This document shows positions 37,901 to 58,208 of a DNA stretch of 64,000 bases, piece by piece. Made by a program: the position numbers and the translations under genes. Numbering within the stretch: position 1 is the stretch's first letter; each line of letters starts with the position of its first letter. This stretch comes from Phoronis australis. Taxonomy: Eukaryota > Animalia > Phoronida. The notes beneath the pieces are model-generated. The model made no database searches. It was not told the DNA's origin and worked only from the letters and a program-made list of their open reading frames with translations. Where the stretch lies: NCBI GenBank assembly GCA_002633005.1, contig NMRA01000061.1, forward strand, positions 931,400 through 995,399, in the 5' to 3' direction.

Positions 37901-40900
37901 CAGTAGCCACCACTTGCTATCATTCAGTAGCCACCACTTGCTATCGTTCAGTAGCCACCACTTGCTATCATTCAGTAGCCACCACTTGCTATCGTTCAGT
38001 AGCCACCACTTGCTATCATTCAGTGGCCATTAGCCAAAAAGCAAGGTTATGTAGAACCCTAGAACAATGCCCACATTTGACTAATGAATGCCTATCTCCG
38101 TAGTGACCAATCATACTCATCTAAAACTTTTGCATAACATGTTTTATTCGTTGTATTCTAAAATGCAGTTAGGAATGTTTTTTAAAACGTGTCTGTTCTG
38201 CATGATGGGCTACCAAAACTAAGACGTTTATGATTTTCTATGACAAAATCTCAAAGGTTTAATTTAACAAAAAGAAAATTTTAGAAAAATGTAACAGCAT
38301 TTTTGAGAACATTTATATCCCATGAAATGATAATTTAGAAAATCTTAATTCTTTTTTAGATTTCAACATGAACATGGAATTTGGACAATCCATTGTTTTT
38401 GTATGACATGTACCTTTCTTTATTGCAAAAGTTTACTCAAACCTCGGTGGTGCAAGTCCACAGTTCAAACATGCTATACTGTCCTTAGTTCTAAAAATAT
38501 ACTTACTCGTGCCACTTTCTGCGCCCGCTTGACCGACTGTGTGTCCAGCCCTTGACCGTACATATCAGGAGTGTTGGTTCGACGAATGACGGGACTAGAC
38601 AAAAGGCAGTAGATTGGTAAACATGTGAGACAAAGGTACCAAAGTCAGGCAAAGACCATAACAATCCAAGGCTAGTGAGAGCAGTCCCTTAAATAAACAC
38701 ATTGTCTACAGCGTTCACAAAGCTCCTTCAAATGGTTAAGGAGGTTGGACTGCCGATGCAAAAAGCAAAATCGTCTCTAGGTCGTGACAGCATAACCGTC
38801 CGAAAATGAACGTCTTGCACCAGAATTAGAAATTGATTCAAGCACTCTCTGACAATGCTAAAGAGTTGTATTTAAAGCGATTCCTACTATTTGTTCCACC
38901 ACACACATCCAATTTCAAAACTTTTGGCTCATGTCACGCAAACGAGAGCATTTAAAATATGATAATAGTGGACTAATCATAAAATGTGGTAAAATCTCAA
39001 CTCCATCCGGAATGAATCACACACAAGACCACTTCTACCAAGCAACTAAAAATCAAAAACTTTACCGAAATGAGCGACAAAATTCAAGAATGTCTCATGA
39101 CCTACCTGCCAAAGCCTGCATCCATCGCCCTCCTGCTCTCTCGCTGCAAGTCATCTTCTCGTTTACGTAGCGACTTGGTCAGCTGTCTGTAGTCCTGAAC
39201 CATCTCACTGCATAAAATTAAAATTCAGTCAACTACACCACAGCTCTCAAGTTTTTGTCTGATCCTTCTGATCTCAGAGAAGACTACTCAGACGTCTGCT
39301 AAACCATCGCGACTGGGAATTCCACACCTTTTTGTCTGAATACTTTTGGCTTGTACTATACGATATCAATGTAACTATTATACTTTATTACATTAAGACC
39401 TTGTTTCTTTAACATCAATGTTTCTCAAATATTGTGAGAATTACCTGGCCGCCTTTTTCCACTGCTGGTGAATAAGAACAGTGTCCTGCACAAGGTCCAA
39501 CAGGCGTCGCCTGTGTCTCACAGTGCTCGACTGAAGACACCGGCACATGACGTCGGCCATAGACTGGTTCTGGGCACTTAGCAGAGGCTGTCGCTGCACA
39601 TCACGCTCTCTGCAACCTGACATAATTAAACAGAGCACCTGGTAAATACTTAGCCTAATGATTAGTCTTAAAGGTGCATTGTACCATTTTAAGTGTGTAA
39701 TTAGCCTTCAACTATAAGGCCATTCATCATCATTTCTCTTCAATTTCTGTAAATTAAAACCACTACAATTTTGCTAAAGCTAACATCATTTCAGGAAAAT
39801 ACTGTACAAAAAAGGGAAAAAGAAAACAATTCAGCATGCGTTGCTAAGTCCATATCCAAATTAACGCTTTTTCGCACAGAATGCTAATGATCTCAGACAT
39901 AAGGCCATACTCAAATATAAGGCCTTACATAATGGCTGTTACAATTAAGAGCTGAGAATGTCTGGCCTTTTAAGCTTTGCGTGGACGCTCCATTTCATAA
40001 TGCACAAAAGCAACACTTTCATGCCAGCTACATTCACTTGTCTTGATGAAGAGTTAAACCAACTTTATGGCAGTCATTTCTTAGCACTAGTGCTTTCCCC
40101 CAATTTCTCTGTAGACACGTTCAGGGCGTCTATTCGTAAAATATCGGTTTAGGGACCAAAAGTCAAATGTGGAAATACACCGGAGAACATGAATGATGCA
40201 GCAGTAGCACAAATTGAAGCCAAGAGAGTCAATACACGAGACATAGGCAAACGATCGTTCCCATAGGTATTAGTTATCATGCTTACAATTGAAATCCTTC
40301 GTTAGTTATGGATTTGGTGTCCACTTCCCATGAAACTGGGGAAAGTCTTAGGAATCAACTGTGCATATTTTTCCCAAATAAATGCCCTGGACATATCTGT
40401 AGAACATTTTCCTTAAATACGCCCTGTGGGCATATCCAACGATGGGCTTTTCTGCAAAAAAACACAGTGTTGTGTTTCAAGGAAGAGGAAAATCAGCTGT
40501 TGTGCCCCCATACAAGGCAGGGTGGCCATTTTTATACTGTAAACTACTGGGTAAAGTTAGAAGTCGGTGTTTGTGACCCAGTAAATGTTCTCATGTAAGA
40601 GGCTATAACCCATCTCCCAACACCAAACGGAAGCAGCAAGCACATCATTTCATATCATATTAACGTACCGAGCTCGAGAATGTGTTTGAAGAGAACAAAT
40701 TTTGAGAAGGCAAACATCAGCTGATAAAACCTCTCACCACCGGGGGAGAGAAAGAGCGAAGCCACGATACGGGGTAAGTTGGCACCTGGCTCTTCCTGGA
40801 ACAAACAATAGGTCATTCATTGTGGTATAAGTACACACAATTCATGTCGATTCCATATACAGTGGAAGCAAGCAATACCCTAATAGCAACCTTTTTAGAC

Positions 40901-43327
40901 CGACAAAAAACAAGAAAAAAAAACAGAAATTCAGGTCTTTTTATTATTAGTACATTTCTTCCCAATAACTCAAAAAGTAGTATAATCATTGTCATAATAA
41001 CTAAACTTGCACACCATGTCCACCATGTACTCGCTCACTCAATGGTCGCAACATGGGTACATCAATCTCCAAATATATCAAGATGTCCATGCTTTCGAAA
41101 AATATATTTCTCCGTGGTATAGCACTGTTTTAAAACATTCGCAAAAGCATATTAAACAGATGGCAAAACGCCCCCAAATTTTAATGCTATATGTGATATT
41201 TTGATAGAATCAAAATTAGATTTCTAGATGAATACACGTTGTTGGTTCCAAAAAGAACACTAGCAGACGTTATTGTTCCAACATTAACACTTTAGTGTTA
41301 ATAATTCCACAACATAAAAATAAAGGTGTCAAAGTTTCTATGGCTCATTAACAACATGTAAACGCCGACGAAATTCCAATGCTTAGAAACTTGGACAAGA
41401 AAAAACCTAGTAACACATACTAAAGACAGAGTTACCTTGGCGATATGAGTCAGCCAATTGTTGACAGTCTTCCTGAACTGCTGCTCCTGTTTCTTATCCC
41501 CCACTGGCCAACAGTCCCTGGACAAAAGATTTAGAATTTAACCAAAATCTAGAAATTGTGAATAACAAAGCCTGAGTCGTATACAGAGACAGAAACAACA
41601 ACAACAAAACGATAGCAAGGAAACATGCAATATAACAAAATTCATAGACAAAAATGGACATCAATTCACCAAAGTAATACAGCTGTCATTGAAAAGCTAT
41701 TAAGCGAACAATGGATGGATAAAATTGAGAGTGGGTTTACGATTGTGTGCTGAAGGGTTGGCCAACAGAGTACTTTATATTCCCAACTACAAAGTGATCA
41801 ACCATGAGGATCAATACCCGTGGGGATCGGTATCTATCCCCTCGCAGCACCCGCACACAAAGAAGCTGAAGTTTCGTGACCTGTATATCTATACAGCACA
41901 GGTAATGACTATTTGTCAGCAGGCTGGAATGACTTTAAAAATCAAGTCAGTAATTCAATCGTACTAAACTTTTACACAATAACTGGGGTCTCAACAACTT
42001 TCAAGCTTGGCTTTGCTCAAATGATTTGCGAATTGGCACAAGCGTAGGTCTTCGAATAGAGGAAAATGGGTCTAAATATACACACAAAGTATAAAAGATA
42101 TTATAAACTTAGTCAATATTAAACTACTAATTGTATATGGTCATCTTTCCAACATGGTACAGTTGCCAGCTTATGACTAGTCATCTTTACAACATGTTAC
42201 AGCCGCCAGCTTATGACTAGTCATCTTTACAATATGTTGCAGTCGCCAGCTTATGACTACAGTCATCTTTATAACATGTTACAGTCGCCAGCTTATGACT
42301 ACAGCTATGTACCTGAACTGTTCCTTGCACAGAACTGCATTGAGCTTGTTGAAGAGGAAGAAGGCAACAGCTTCAAAGGCCTTCTTGTTTGGCAAAAGGA
42401 ACATGTCCCTGTGGAAGAGATTAGCATGCAGTGTTACCTAAGATAACCATCATCAGTTTCGTTAAAATCTACCTCTTATATCCGTAGAAGATACACGAAA
42501 CAAATGTTCAGACAAACGTTTACAATTAAAATGCTACTGTTTGTCCCTCGCTACTAACAAGCCTGTTTGTAACAACGTCCATATACAAAAGTGATTTTGC
42601 GCCAAAATAGCCCGAGTAGACTCTTTCGCAAAACAGTAGAGGGTCTTTTTCGGAAATTCGTATTTCTTACCATAGCGTCCTCATGCAGCAGGGGACTTTA
42701 AAGATACTGTGAGGAACAAGAAACTGTAATTGAGATCAGAAAAATTCAACTCAGTTATGGTGGCATAAGAGATTTTGACCTGTAAGATTAGTCCAGCGAC
42801 ACCTCAGTTGACAAGTCACCAGCAACCTTGTAATGTTTGCCTTCTAAGGACCAAAACTGAGAAAATTTGCCACACTTTCCTTATATTTTTACCATCCACG
42901 AAACCCAAAATAATCCCGTAAGAATTCCCCCTGAGGGCTTGTGTCCTCGTTTCCAAATGACACCACATGGGGCATTATGTTGGAGGGGTGTCTTTCGGAA
43001 ATCAGCAAAACTAAAAACAATTTCTTACTAGCAAAGGACAAACACTCACTGTCTAGCACATGCCCAAAACGGGGAGCACTACATAAGCATGGCCTATTCT
43101 GCCTATTTTGTGCTTCACAGTTTTTATCATCGTTTCTTATAGTTTCGTCCTAACTTTGGAATAACAACACTGCTGTGCAGCGTCACCCACTTGTTAAAGG
43201 GTATGCGGTACTTTTCTTCCATCACCGAAGGGTTGAAGCCCAGTAGGAGAATGTTGGTGAAGAAGCACTGCCTTACATCGGTGGCGGCCCCTATACACGG
43301 GACTGGACGTAGTCTGGAAGAGTCCAT
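22400..43327 (-). CDS. HAUS6: HAUS augmin-like complex subunit 6; multi-exon (first coding exons 43327-43191, 42408-42313, 41517-41436, 40795-40669; last exons 22907-22749, 22467-22400)
   Basis: The N-terminus ...FFTNILLLGFNP...K|DMFLLPNKKAFEAVAFFLFNKLNAVLCKEQFR|DCWPVGDKKQEQQFRKTVNNWL...|EEPGANLPRIVASLFLSPGGERFYQLMFAFSKFVL is the HAUS6 N-terminal signature. It is followed by coiled-coil exons and a long S/P/D-rich tail (ORFs 28436-28735, 26663-27865) ending PETDTLIDI*. Linking the tail to HAUS6 is inferred from strand and phase; the gene spans an N gap and a duplicated block. Confidence 0.88.
22836..27436. repeat. ~2.3-kb direct duplication (22836-25133 vs 25135-27436) across a single N; probable haplotype overlap artefact
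   Basis: Colinear copies with scattered substitutions and small indels; the junction is exactly at N 25134. Confidence 0.9.
31909..31964. repeat. Compound (CA)n(CG)n(CA)n microsatellite
   Basis: cacacacacacacgtgcacgcgcgcgcgcgcacacaca... Confidence 0.95.
32327..32582. repeat. Degenerate ~50-bp minisatellite, about 5 copies
   Basis: actgt(c/t)taagtgtgttcacatgct(g/a)aca(c/t)tgtaatg...gaag. Confidence 0.85.
33190..33481. other. Assembly gap (N-run) cutting a HAUS6 exon/intron boundary
   Basis: Run of N. Confidence 1.
36764..37211. mobile_element. hAT-like MITE in a HAUS6 intron, 6-bp TSD CATATA
   Basis: TIR CAGGGCTTGGAAT...ATTCCAAGCCCTG, subterminal GCGGAAA repeats, and CATATA on both flanks. 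A related lone end (ttccaagccctg) is at about 13400-13411. Confidence 0.8.
37565..38029. repeat. Minisatellite 24 bp x ~19 in a HAUS6 intron
   Basis: cagt(a/g)gccaccacttgctatcatt, contiguous. Confidence 0.97.
42140..42303. repeat. Minisatellite ~40 bp x4 next to a HAUS6 splice donor
   Basis: gtcatctttacaacatgttacag(c/t)cgccagcttatgacta. Confidence 0.92.
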
Positions 43328-44686
43328 TTCAGCTGCCACGCAACTTCCTTCCACTAGCTAGGGCGACTGGGCTACAAAAATCAAAACAGAACAACTGTAT
43401 TTGAGAAGCTGAATTATGGCTAAAAATTCTCCAGTCTGGGACAGGCTCTAAAATTTGAGGCACCGAAATGAAAGCAGAAATTTAATGTTCTTAATTCTGG
43501 AGATTGGAATATGAACGATTTAGACATTCATCATATTTCTTAAACATTGGACATTATGTATAAACATGAGAAGCCGCTGCCAATTTCAAAAGTACTAGTA
43601 TGGACTTGGATATAACTTTGCAGTCTTTCTCATAATTCTTGAATTTGGGATGGCCAATTCTGTCTGTGGTACAAATTATGACGTTGATGGAAATAATTAA
43701 TTTTTAACTGCCCTGAGCTGGAGAATTTTAACCGTCATTAAATTCAAATTACTGAGCATCACTTCAGCTCAGCAGAGGTCTACCAATGTAAAACGCTCAC
43801 CCATGGCAAAGACTGTAGACGGTCACTATGTGTAAATATGGATGTCCAGACTACGATCAAATGTTTCGTTTAAAAAACACTTATTGCACCGATATCACAT
43901 GCTTGCGACTACATTAGCTGTATCCTCTATGAAGATAATGGTCGGATATAACGTTTCCGCATTTTGAGATCCAGTTTTCTCCACTGAATAACCGGCATCA
44001 AACTGGTTGTCAAAATGTAGGCACGTTATATCTGACTATTGCCCTCTATGAATGGGAGTGAAACACTGAACAAAATGGTTTGTGACAGGAAAATTCAAAT
44101 TTACCCATCCCTGTTAATGGTCGGAGTACTGCCACCGCAACCTCTATAAATATTCAGTACTAGTCGTAGTACACATACCAGACCAGTAATTAAGAAGATG
44201 GACCAATCAGCAAATCACTAAGACCATTATCACCACGATCACGACACCATGGATTTGGAAATTTCAACACCTGACAATCTAGCCTGGGGCTTCAACTTTA
44301 TTCAAAGGGGTATAATAATAAATATACAGCTAGTATTTTGACTTCATACAGACAACCATTGAATGACATCACCTCACCATATAACCATGACCATGATGTA
44401 TGCTGCACACACTCCTGATCTACACAGCCATCCGAGGGCGAGGGGCTACCTAGGTTACCTAGCGATGGACTAGCTGATCTAGGGTTGCATTCGTGGACTG
44501 TACTCCCCATAGTAGTACTCATCAAGTCATATTCACAGACAGTCACCAGTCAGCCAACTACAGGACTGTGGATCAGCACTGATTTTGCTGCATAGAAATC
44601 ACGTCAAAAATGTTATTCAATTTGCAAAAAAAAGATGTTGCGGTAAATACATCATTACATGATACAGTAAAAATGACACAAGTATA

Positions 44687-45019
44687 CCTTGTCTTAAATA
44701 CAACAAATAGTTACTACCCCTTTTGCTCATTGATGTTTTATTGACAATCCGTAAACAGTGTGCGTACAACAGTAAAAAGCTCTTCTTGTCGGAAGTTGAA
44801 GGAGACCGCCACTCGTGATTGCCCGGATGAATACATATCAAATCAAAACACGGTTTTCAATCTGCAAAAAAAATGAGAAACAGTGTATAATTACAATTAC
44901 CATCAAACAAAATCAAATAAACTTACTAATTTTAAATACCTACTTAAATTTTAATTTGAAGTTTAACAAAATGACGGAAAAATCATCTAAGTGTAAAACA
45001 AATATTATGTTCATCAAAA
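44687..45019. promoter_or_regulatory. Bidirectional promoter HAUS6 (-) / SDHAF4 (+), including a probable non-coding HAUS6 exon 1 (donor near 44687)
   Basis: A minus-strand AAG|gtatac donor near 44687, an ETS-like CGGAAGT at about 44790, and the SDHAF4 ATG at 45020 within a YY1-like AAAATGGCCGCC. Confidence 0.6.
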
Positions 45020-48000
45020 ATGGCCGCCTCCACACAAGTTGTGAAGTTGTTTCGTAAGATTGGAACGTTAAATGGTAAATTGGAAACTAAGCTGTTAATA
45101 ATGTTTAATCAACATCTCAAATTTTTGAAGTGGAAAGCATTTTAGTATTAAACTGATATTTTTGGCTACTGTCTTGGCTCTGGATAGGAACGCATTCTTT
45201 GCGGACACAAGTTTGTTTCGTAATATTTGATTATTGAACCGTAAATAATGACAAATGTGACTGATCGTATTTTATTCGTAATCAAGTAAATCACACTAAA
45301 TAACCGTGTTAGTGTTTCACAGACACAATAATCTCGCTAAGGGGGCTAATGTGATCACGTGCATGTCAGTATGAAAACTAGGCAATGACCATCGCCTCTG
45401 TTGGCCCGACCAGAGGCGATGCAAGTGCTCCGTATGCCGGAAGCTTTTCGGCAAATTATGCCTCACACCAACTAAAACAACAAAGTCACATTGTTATAAA
45501 TACCTTTTGCGCATAAAGGAACACCTTAGGAGGTTGTCGATGTGTTTAATTCCTTCCAATTCGAACAAATACTCCTGTTATGAAACTTTTTCTTCGAGCA
45601 GTCCCTATTTCAGTTCCCAAAATTGTGAAATCAACATTTTCACTCGGCGCACGCCAAGAGATATGACCTCATTCTTATAACCAGGCTGAAGGTCAGAAGT
45701 TGCGGTCCTACCAGTGAACTTTGAAAGCTGAAGTCCCCGCCCTTTGCGTATGTGCTGCCGGGAACCAGCCGTGCATTTGCCGTGTTGCTAAACATTAAGA
45801 TTCCAAATATGAGCACAAAGACTATGAAATATCATATCACCAGCATTTATTTTTATCAAATACAAACAATAATTCATTATTCATTGAAATACAATCAGTT
45901 CCAAGTAACGCCAAATAGTAGTGGCATTTTGGAAACGAATATTTAACTGACAAGACCGCAATGGCTCACCTTTGGCCTATTTAAAGATTGAGGTCATGAA
46001 GTCACTCCACGTAGGGAGCACGGTAAAAATTGGAGCGTGTGCAGTATAAAAATGGTGAGTTCACGATTTTAAGATCTGAACGAGTGACTGCTCGAACAAA
46101 AAGTTTGATAACGGAAGTATTTGTTCGAGTTGGAAGGAATTAAACACACCGCCAACCTCTTAAGGTGTCCCTCTATACGCAAAAGGTATTTATAACAATG
46201 TGACTTTCATGCTTTAGCCAGTGCGAACCATAATCGCCAAAAAGCTTCCGGCGTATGGAGCACCTATAGGAGCTGCATCGCCTCTAGTCGGGCCAGAGTC
46301 ATGGTCATTGCCTATATGAAAACGCACTTTAGTTACAGTGCCATCTGGTTCCAAGTTGGGTCAGTGCTAAAACAGCACCTAAAATTATTCGTGCGAGATG
46401 TTGGACAGTGCCACCATCTCATCTGGCCCCGTCCATACACCGGAAGCTTTTCAGCGAATTATGCCTCACACTGATTAATCCATCAAGGTCTCATTGCTAG
46501 AAATACCTTTTGTGCACAGAGGGACACCTTGGGAGGTAGCCAGCTAGCTAGCTGTATGAAGTCTCAGTGTCGTCAAATTTTGACGACACTGAGACTTCAT
46601 ACAGCTAGCTAGCTACTTCCCGCTTTGATTAACTGGGTGTCTTAGTAATCTTTCAATGTGGGTGTCCAAACTGGAGAAATTCTGATTGACAGGGCGTCCA
46701 AATGATACATTGGGCGTCCTTGCCAGGGCGGCTACATTAGTGCTAGGGCGTCCAAATGGACGCCCAGGACGTACGCTGCATGAAGGCCTGCACGGTCAAA
46801 ATACAGCTAGATGCCACTGTGTGTATTTCTTCCATAGACCTCGACATTGCACACAGCCAGGATTAGTCCAGGCCCTTAACCTGAAAAGGTTTACACCTCG
46901 GATTAAAGCACCAGATAGTTGTGCTCGTCACCTCGCCGTGAAACTTGTATCAATATGTAACGCTAAAGACTGGACGGGGTGCATGCAAAATCTGGGAATC
47001 AACCAACACTCACCTTGCCCGTTACAGCCATTTAAGTGAAAAACAATGCAATAAACATCATTTTCTTGCGTAACTCTCCGCCTTTTCTAACAATGAAAAG
47101 TATGTCGTCGTTTTGAAAACAGTACGCTCGTGTCACACGCATGCGCCATTTCCCAAATTTTTGCAACAAGTTCACAGCAGCAAAATTTGTTCTGAAATTC
47201 GTTTTTTCGGTACCGAAATTCTAAAAACTTATAATGAAATGAAACCAGTTCCGGTAATTTGTTGTGACGTGTACGCAATCTCGTGAAAAAACAACAGTTT
47301 ATTGAAGAATCGGGGAAAAAGAAACTGGCCATTAGATGACGCAATATTTCATGGTGCGTAAGCCGTCGCTAAAGATCGCTCCACTTTAGCAGCAGAATAA
47401 CGGTAGAACGGCATTTTTTCCAACACCGTTAAATAATTTAGTTTACACAAGGAAGACTGTAGTTTTTAATGACACAAATTTTGAGTCAGATTTTATCTTA
47501 CCACTTTTTTACCCACATGGGTGCAAATCTGTATATTTAGTATACAGCTTTGTACCAAGGCTACTTGGTAGGCTGTTGAAGACTTCCCTGGTCAAACAAA
47601 TACTCTTGCAATAAAACCTTTCTTTTTAAAGTCCTTCATTCCGTTGCCCAAATCGGCAACTGGCCATATTTACACTGGTCGTGCCAGGTCAGTGGGGTAT
47701 TTTGAGGGGGGGCCAAGGGGGCCATGGCCCCCTCTAAAATTCTCCAAGATTCCATTTGTCAGTTCGGGGGTGCAATTAATGTCTGACTGGCAAAATCCTG
47801 GTTAATACTGTGCCCTGGCCCCCCTCTAACTCAAAATCGTGGTTCCGCCCCTGCAGGTGATATGATCTTCAACATAATACATCTAGGAGTTGTTAATTTA
47901 TGGTAGTACCCTCTGACCTATGGTCCTCACCATCAAGGCCATATTAATGATGGTCAGGACCTCCACTGTAGTGACTGAGTGATAGCAAATGTACTAGTAT

Positions 48001-48417
48001 GGTAACACGTTTTTGCGAAGACACCTTATTGCTCAAAAACATGAATACAAATCTCTTGATCGGATGGTAACATTTGATTTACATTTCATAGATTCTCGTC
48101 ATATTTCAGTCATTCATCATCAGTTAACCAGCGCTACGTCTCCCCTGGCTTGTCGTCTACACAGTACAGATGCAACGCCTGATGAAAATAAAAAACAGAA
48201 GGATGCTGGTAGACGTAAGGGAAAGGTTCCAACGGGGAGATTAGATGATGAGGTGGAGGCCCCAGATGCTAACCTGTACCCTCATAACTACATAGAGGGT
48301 TATGAACCTTTTCCCAATGACATTAACCCCAAGACAGGAGAAAAGGGCGGTCCTAGGGGCCCTGAACCAACACGGTACGGAGACTGGGAGAGAAAGGGCA
48401 GGGTGTCCGACTTTTGA
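45020..48417 (+). CDS. SDHAF4: Succinate dehydrogenase assembly factor 4 (Sdh8); exons 45020-45074 and 48092-48417, 126 aa
   Basis: The C-terminus [31 protein letters not shown] is the SDHAF4 signature. Exon 1 [18 protein letters not shown] looks like a mitochondrial presequence and splices in phase 1 to DSRHISV. Confidence 0.93.
45379..46314. mobile_element. Complete non-autonomous DNA transposon, AcademH-like (alternatively MULE-like), in SDHAF4 intron 1
   Basis: Termini TAGGCAATGACCAT...ATGGTCATTGCCTA, imperfect TIRs of roughly 200+ bp, and a perfect 9-bp TSD TATGAAAAC (45370-45378, 46315-46323). Confidence 0.85.
46430..46540 (+). mobile_element. Internal TIR fragment of the same family
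   Basis: ccggaagcttttcagcgaattatgcctcaca...aaataccttttg...acaccttgggaggt matches 45437-45536. Confidence 0.7.
46542..46614. repeat. Perfect 73-bp palindrome (36-bp arms, 1-nt spacer)
   Basis: agctagctagctgtatgaagtctcagtgtcgtcaaa-t-tttgacgacactgagacttcatacagctagctagct. Confidence 0.95.
47690..47853 (+). mobile_element. MITE, same family, 5-bp TSD CAGGT
   Basis: Colinear with 10601-10745; CAGGT on both sides. Confidence 0.85.
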
Positions 48418-50245
48418 GGACTATACAGATGGAGCACAACTGATGTAGATTCAGAATTTACTTTTGGCAGTTGATTCGATGAAGCTTCGTTAAACATTCG
48501 GATGGGTATATATCAATTGTCGGCCTTTCAATATCTATATGGATGAGTGACAAAGAGTGTTGATAGAAACTAGTCATTTCCAGGGCACTTGCATGTTCTT
48601 TGTTAAAACGTGATTTCTAACCCACCATTGTATATTTTAGAACTAAATATTGCCACTGATGTAAATCCATCTTCACATATGACAACCATCTTCATTGATT
48701 ATTAGGGCATTCTCAGCTCGATTAGTGGGACAATGGCATGTTCGGCCAAATTTGGTTCTGATCTGCACCCAATAGATTTTGAAATCTTTGCCTCACAGCT
48801 GGCAGCAGGAGGCGCTGTCCTAATCCATTTCAGATGTAATCAGGCGACTTTTCTTTTTGAAAATATGTACCTCTAAATAAATTCATTAATTTTCAAGAAG
48901 CCCACAGAAAAGAAACGATAGTTTTTTCTTTGGCCTTACATCGAGATTGTAATATTTTTCTAAATTTTTGTTTGATGTCAAAGCTTTCTGTTTACGATAA
49001 GGATTAGGTTCGTTTATTTGTTATTACCATACACTGTTCACAGCGCCATCTGTAGAGAAGCACAACTGCAGTAGGACAATGCAGAAATTCCTGTTTGGCC
49101 ATCAAATTTTTGTGTGCTTGTATGAATTCAGACGACTCCTAAATTATGTGTTCTAAAACAAGATGAAAAAATAGAACGAATCATTCTGTTTTAGCATTTC
49201 GGGCGAGTTGTAGATCATGTGGAATCTATCAGTCTAGTCCGTTGTTATTGCAGTTGTCACAAAGGCATTTGTCAACTTTCAGCCAGTCAGAATTCACAAA
49301 TGATATTCCTAGCACTGGAAAGAAATTTCTTTGGTTGATTTTGAATATCTGGCACTAATCTTATTCTGTAGAGTTTGAAAGAGGCAGAGGCAGTGTGTGG
49401 AATGTCATAAATGTGGGCACTGTACCGTATATCAATATTTTGCATGTCTTGATCAGTTCAACTTTCAAATTTTTGGTGAAAACAATTTTTGTATGTAGTA
49501 TTTATTGATATTTAATAAAATGTTAATGTGACCGCTTGATTACTTCAACCTGTGCGATAATTCCTTTTTACACCTTAATGAAATGGGCTTTTGGCGTGGA
49601 ATAGTTGCTCTTTAGCCAAATTACGTTTTTCTGAATATGCTTATCACTGCAATTCAAGCACAATACAGATGTAACTGGATTGAAAGATTTTATCCCAGCA
49701 AACTTTTCACAAACCTCCTCCGATTAAGTGAACATACAACCTGTGTAAATTTTCTGCTCCGTTAAAAAATAAAACACTGCTAATTTTCACTTGCAATCCC
49801 ACTTCAATCACTTTTGAACAGGATGCAATGGATTTATGGATTTGACTTGGTTTCAAGACAAGGTCTTCCGACCACATGTGCAAAACTGCATTCACAAGAA
49901 ACGCTTATTCAATCGGGCAACGGAAGTAATGCTTGGGGGTTCTGTAACTTAAGATACTTCTCAGTATAATCTCAAAAATGGGAAGTGAACTATGTTGGAA
50001 CTGACCAAGCGTTCTACAATCGGAGCAAATACTCATTAACAGCATTACATTTGAGGCACATTTTTTACTATTAATGACCGATCACGACTATCTCCAGCTC
50101 CTCCGATGGAGTTGCGCATCAACACGCGGCTGTAATAATGAGTCAATTCCCCAGCATAGTCGCCATGATGGGAATACCCAGTGTCATTAAGTTAGGCGTG
50201 GGCCATCAGAAACAACAAATCAAACACCTTATGTAGTACCAGAAC

Positions 50246-50251
50246 TTTATT
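50246..50251 (-). terminator. Probable ATP5F1A polyadenylation signal (AATAAA)
   Basis: tttatt on + strand about 320 nt downstream of the ATP5F1A stop. Confidence 0.5.
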
Positions 50252-50569
50252 CTGACACAGAACTGTACACCTGCATCACACACGGGACGTCCCCGTTAAC
50301 TACATATTCACTTAATCTCTACCGGCCGTTACACTGTTAAGAGAAATGACTGTTAACGTGCACTTCCATTCCTGTAGAAGATAAATTAACGACTCCGAAA
50401 CTCGCATAATCCAGCCAACATCTATTTTCTAGGTTAATTTACACATTGCGTGTGCGCGACCACCACAACATTCTGATTGATCTGTTCAAATTCACCGCAA
50501 AGAAAACAATGCTCTACGCTCACTTATAACAATTTTTGTACAAAATATCACACTAGCGTACAACTGGAG

Positions 50570-57983
<7,414 letters not shown>

Positions 57984-58208
57984 AGTTTTCTTTCCAGATC
58001 ACTTCTCTGAGCGAAGATGGCCGCCAAGGGGAAGAATACTTGAGATTGCACNTCATCCAATTTTTCTGATTTTTGCACCATTTCATTTCTCACACCAAGG
58101 GCTTTTCAAAAATGTATGACACATGGGTATTGTAAAAAAAAATAAAAAAACGTTGTCCTCCCTACACACAGGGAAAGTTGTCTGAATAGAGGCTTAGCAG
58201 GATAAGGG

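Noticed and set aside
37553-38103. Repetitive ORFs (NDSKWWPL / SHHLLSF / ATTCYHSV repeats) and CRISPR-like look
   Set aside because: A contiguous 24-bp minisatellite in a HAUS6 intron. There are no unique spacers and no cas genes; frames stay open only because the unit is a multiple of 3.
44425-44470. Resemblance to the 7SL SRP RNA S-domain
   Set aside because: The conserved helix 8 (CAGG...GNRA...AGCAG) is absent, so it is not called SRP; kept only as an unidentified structured island.
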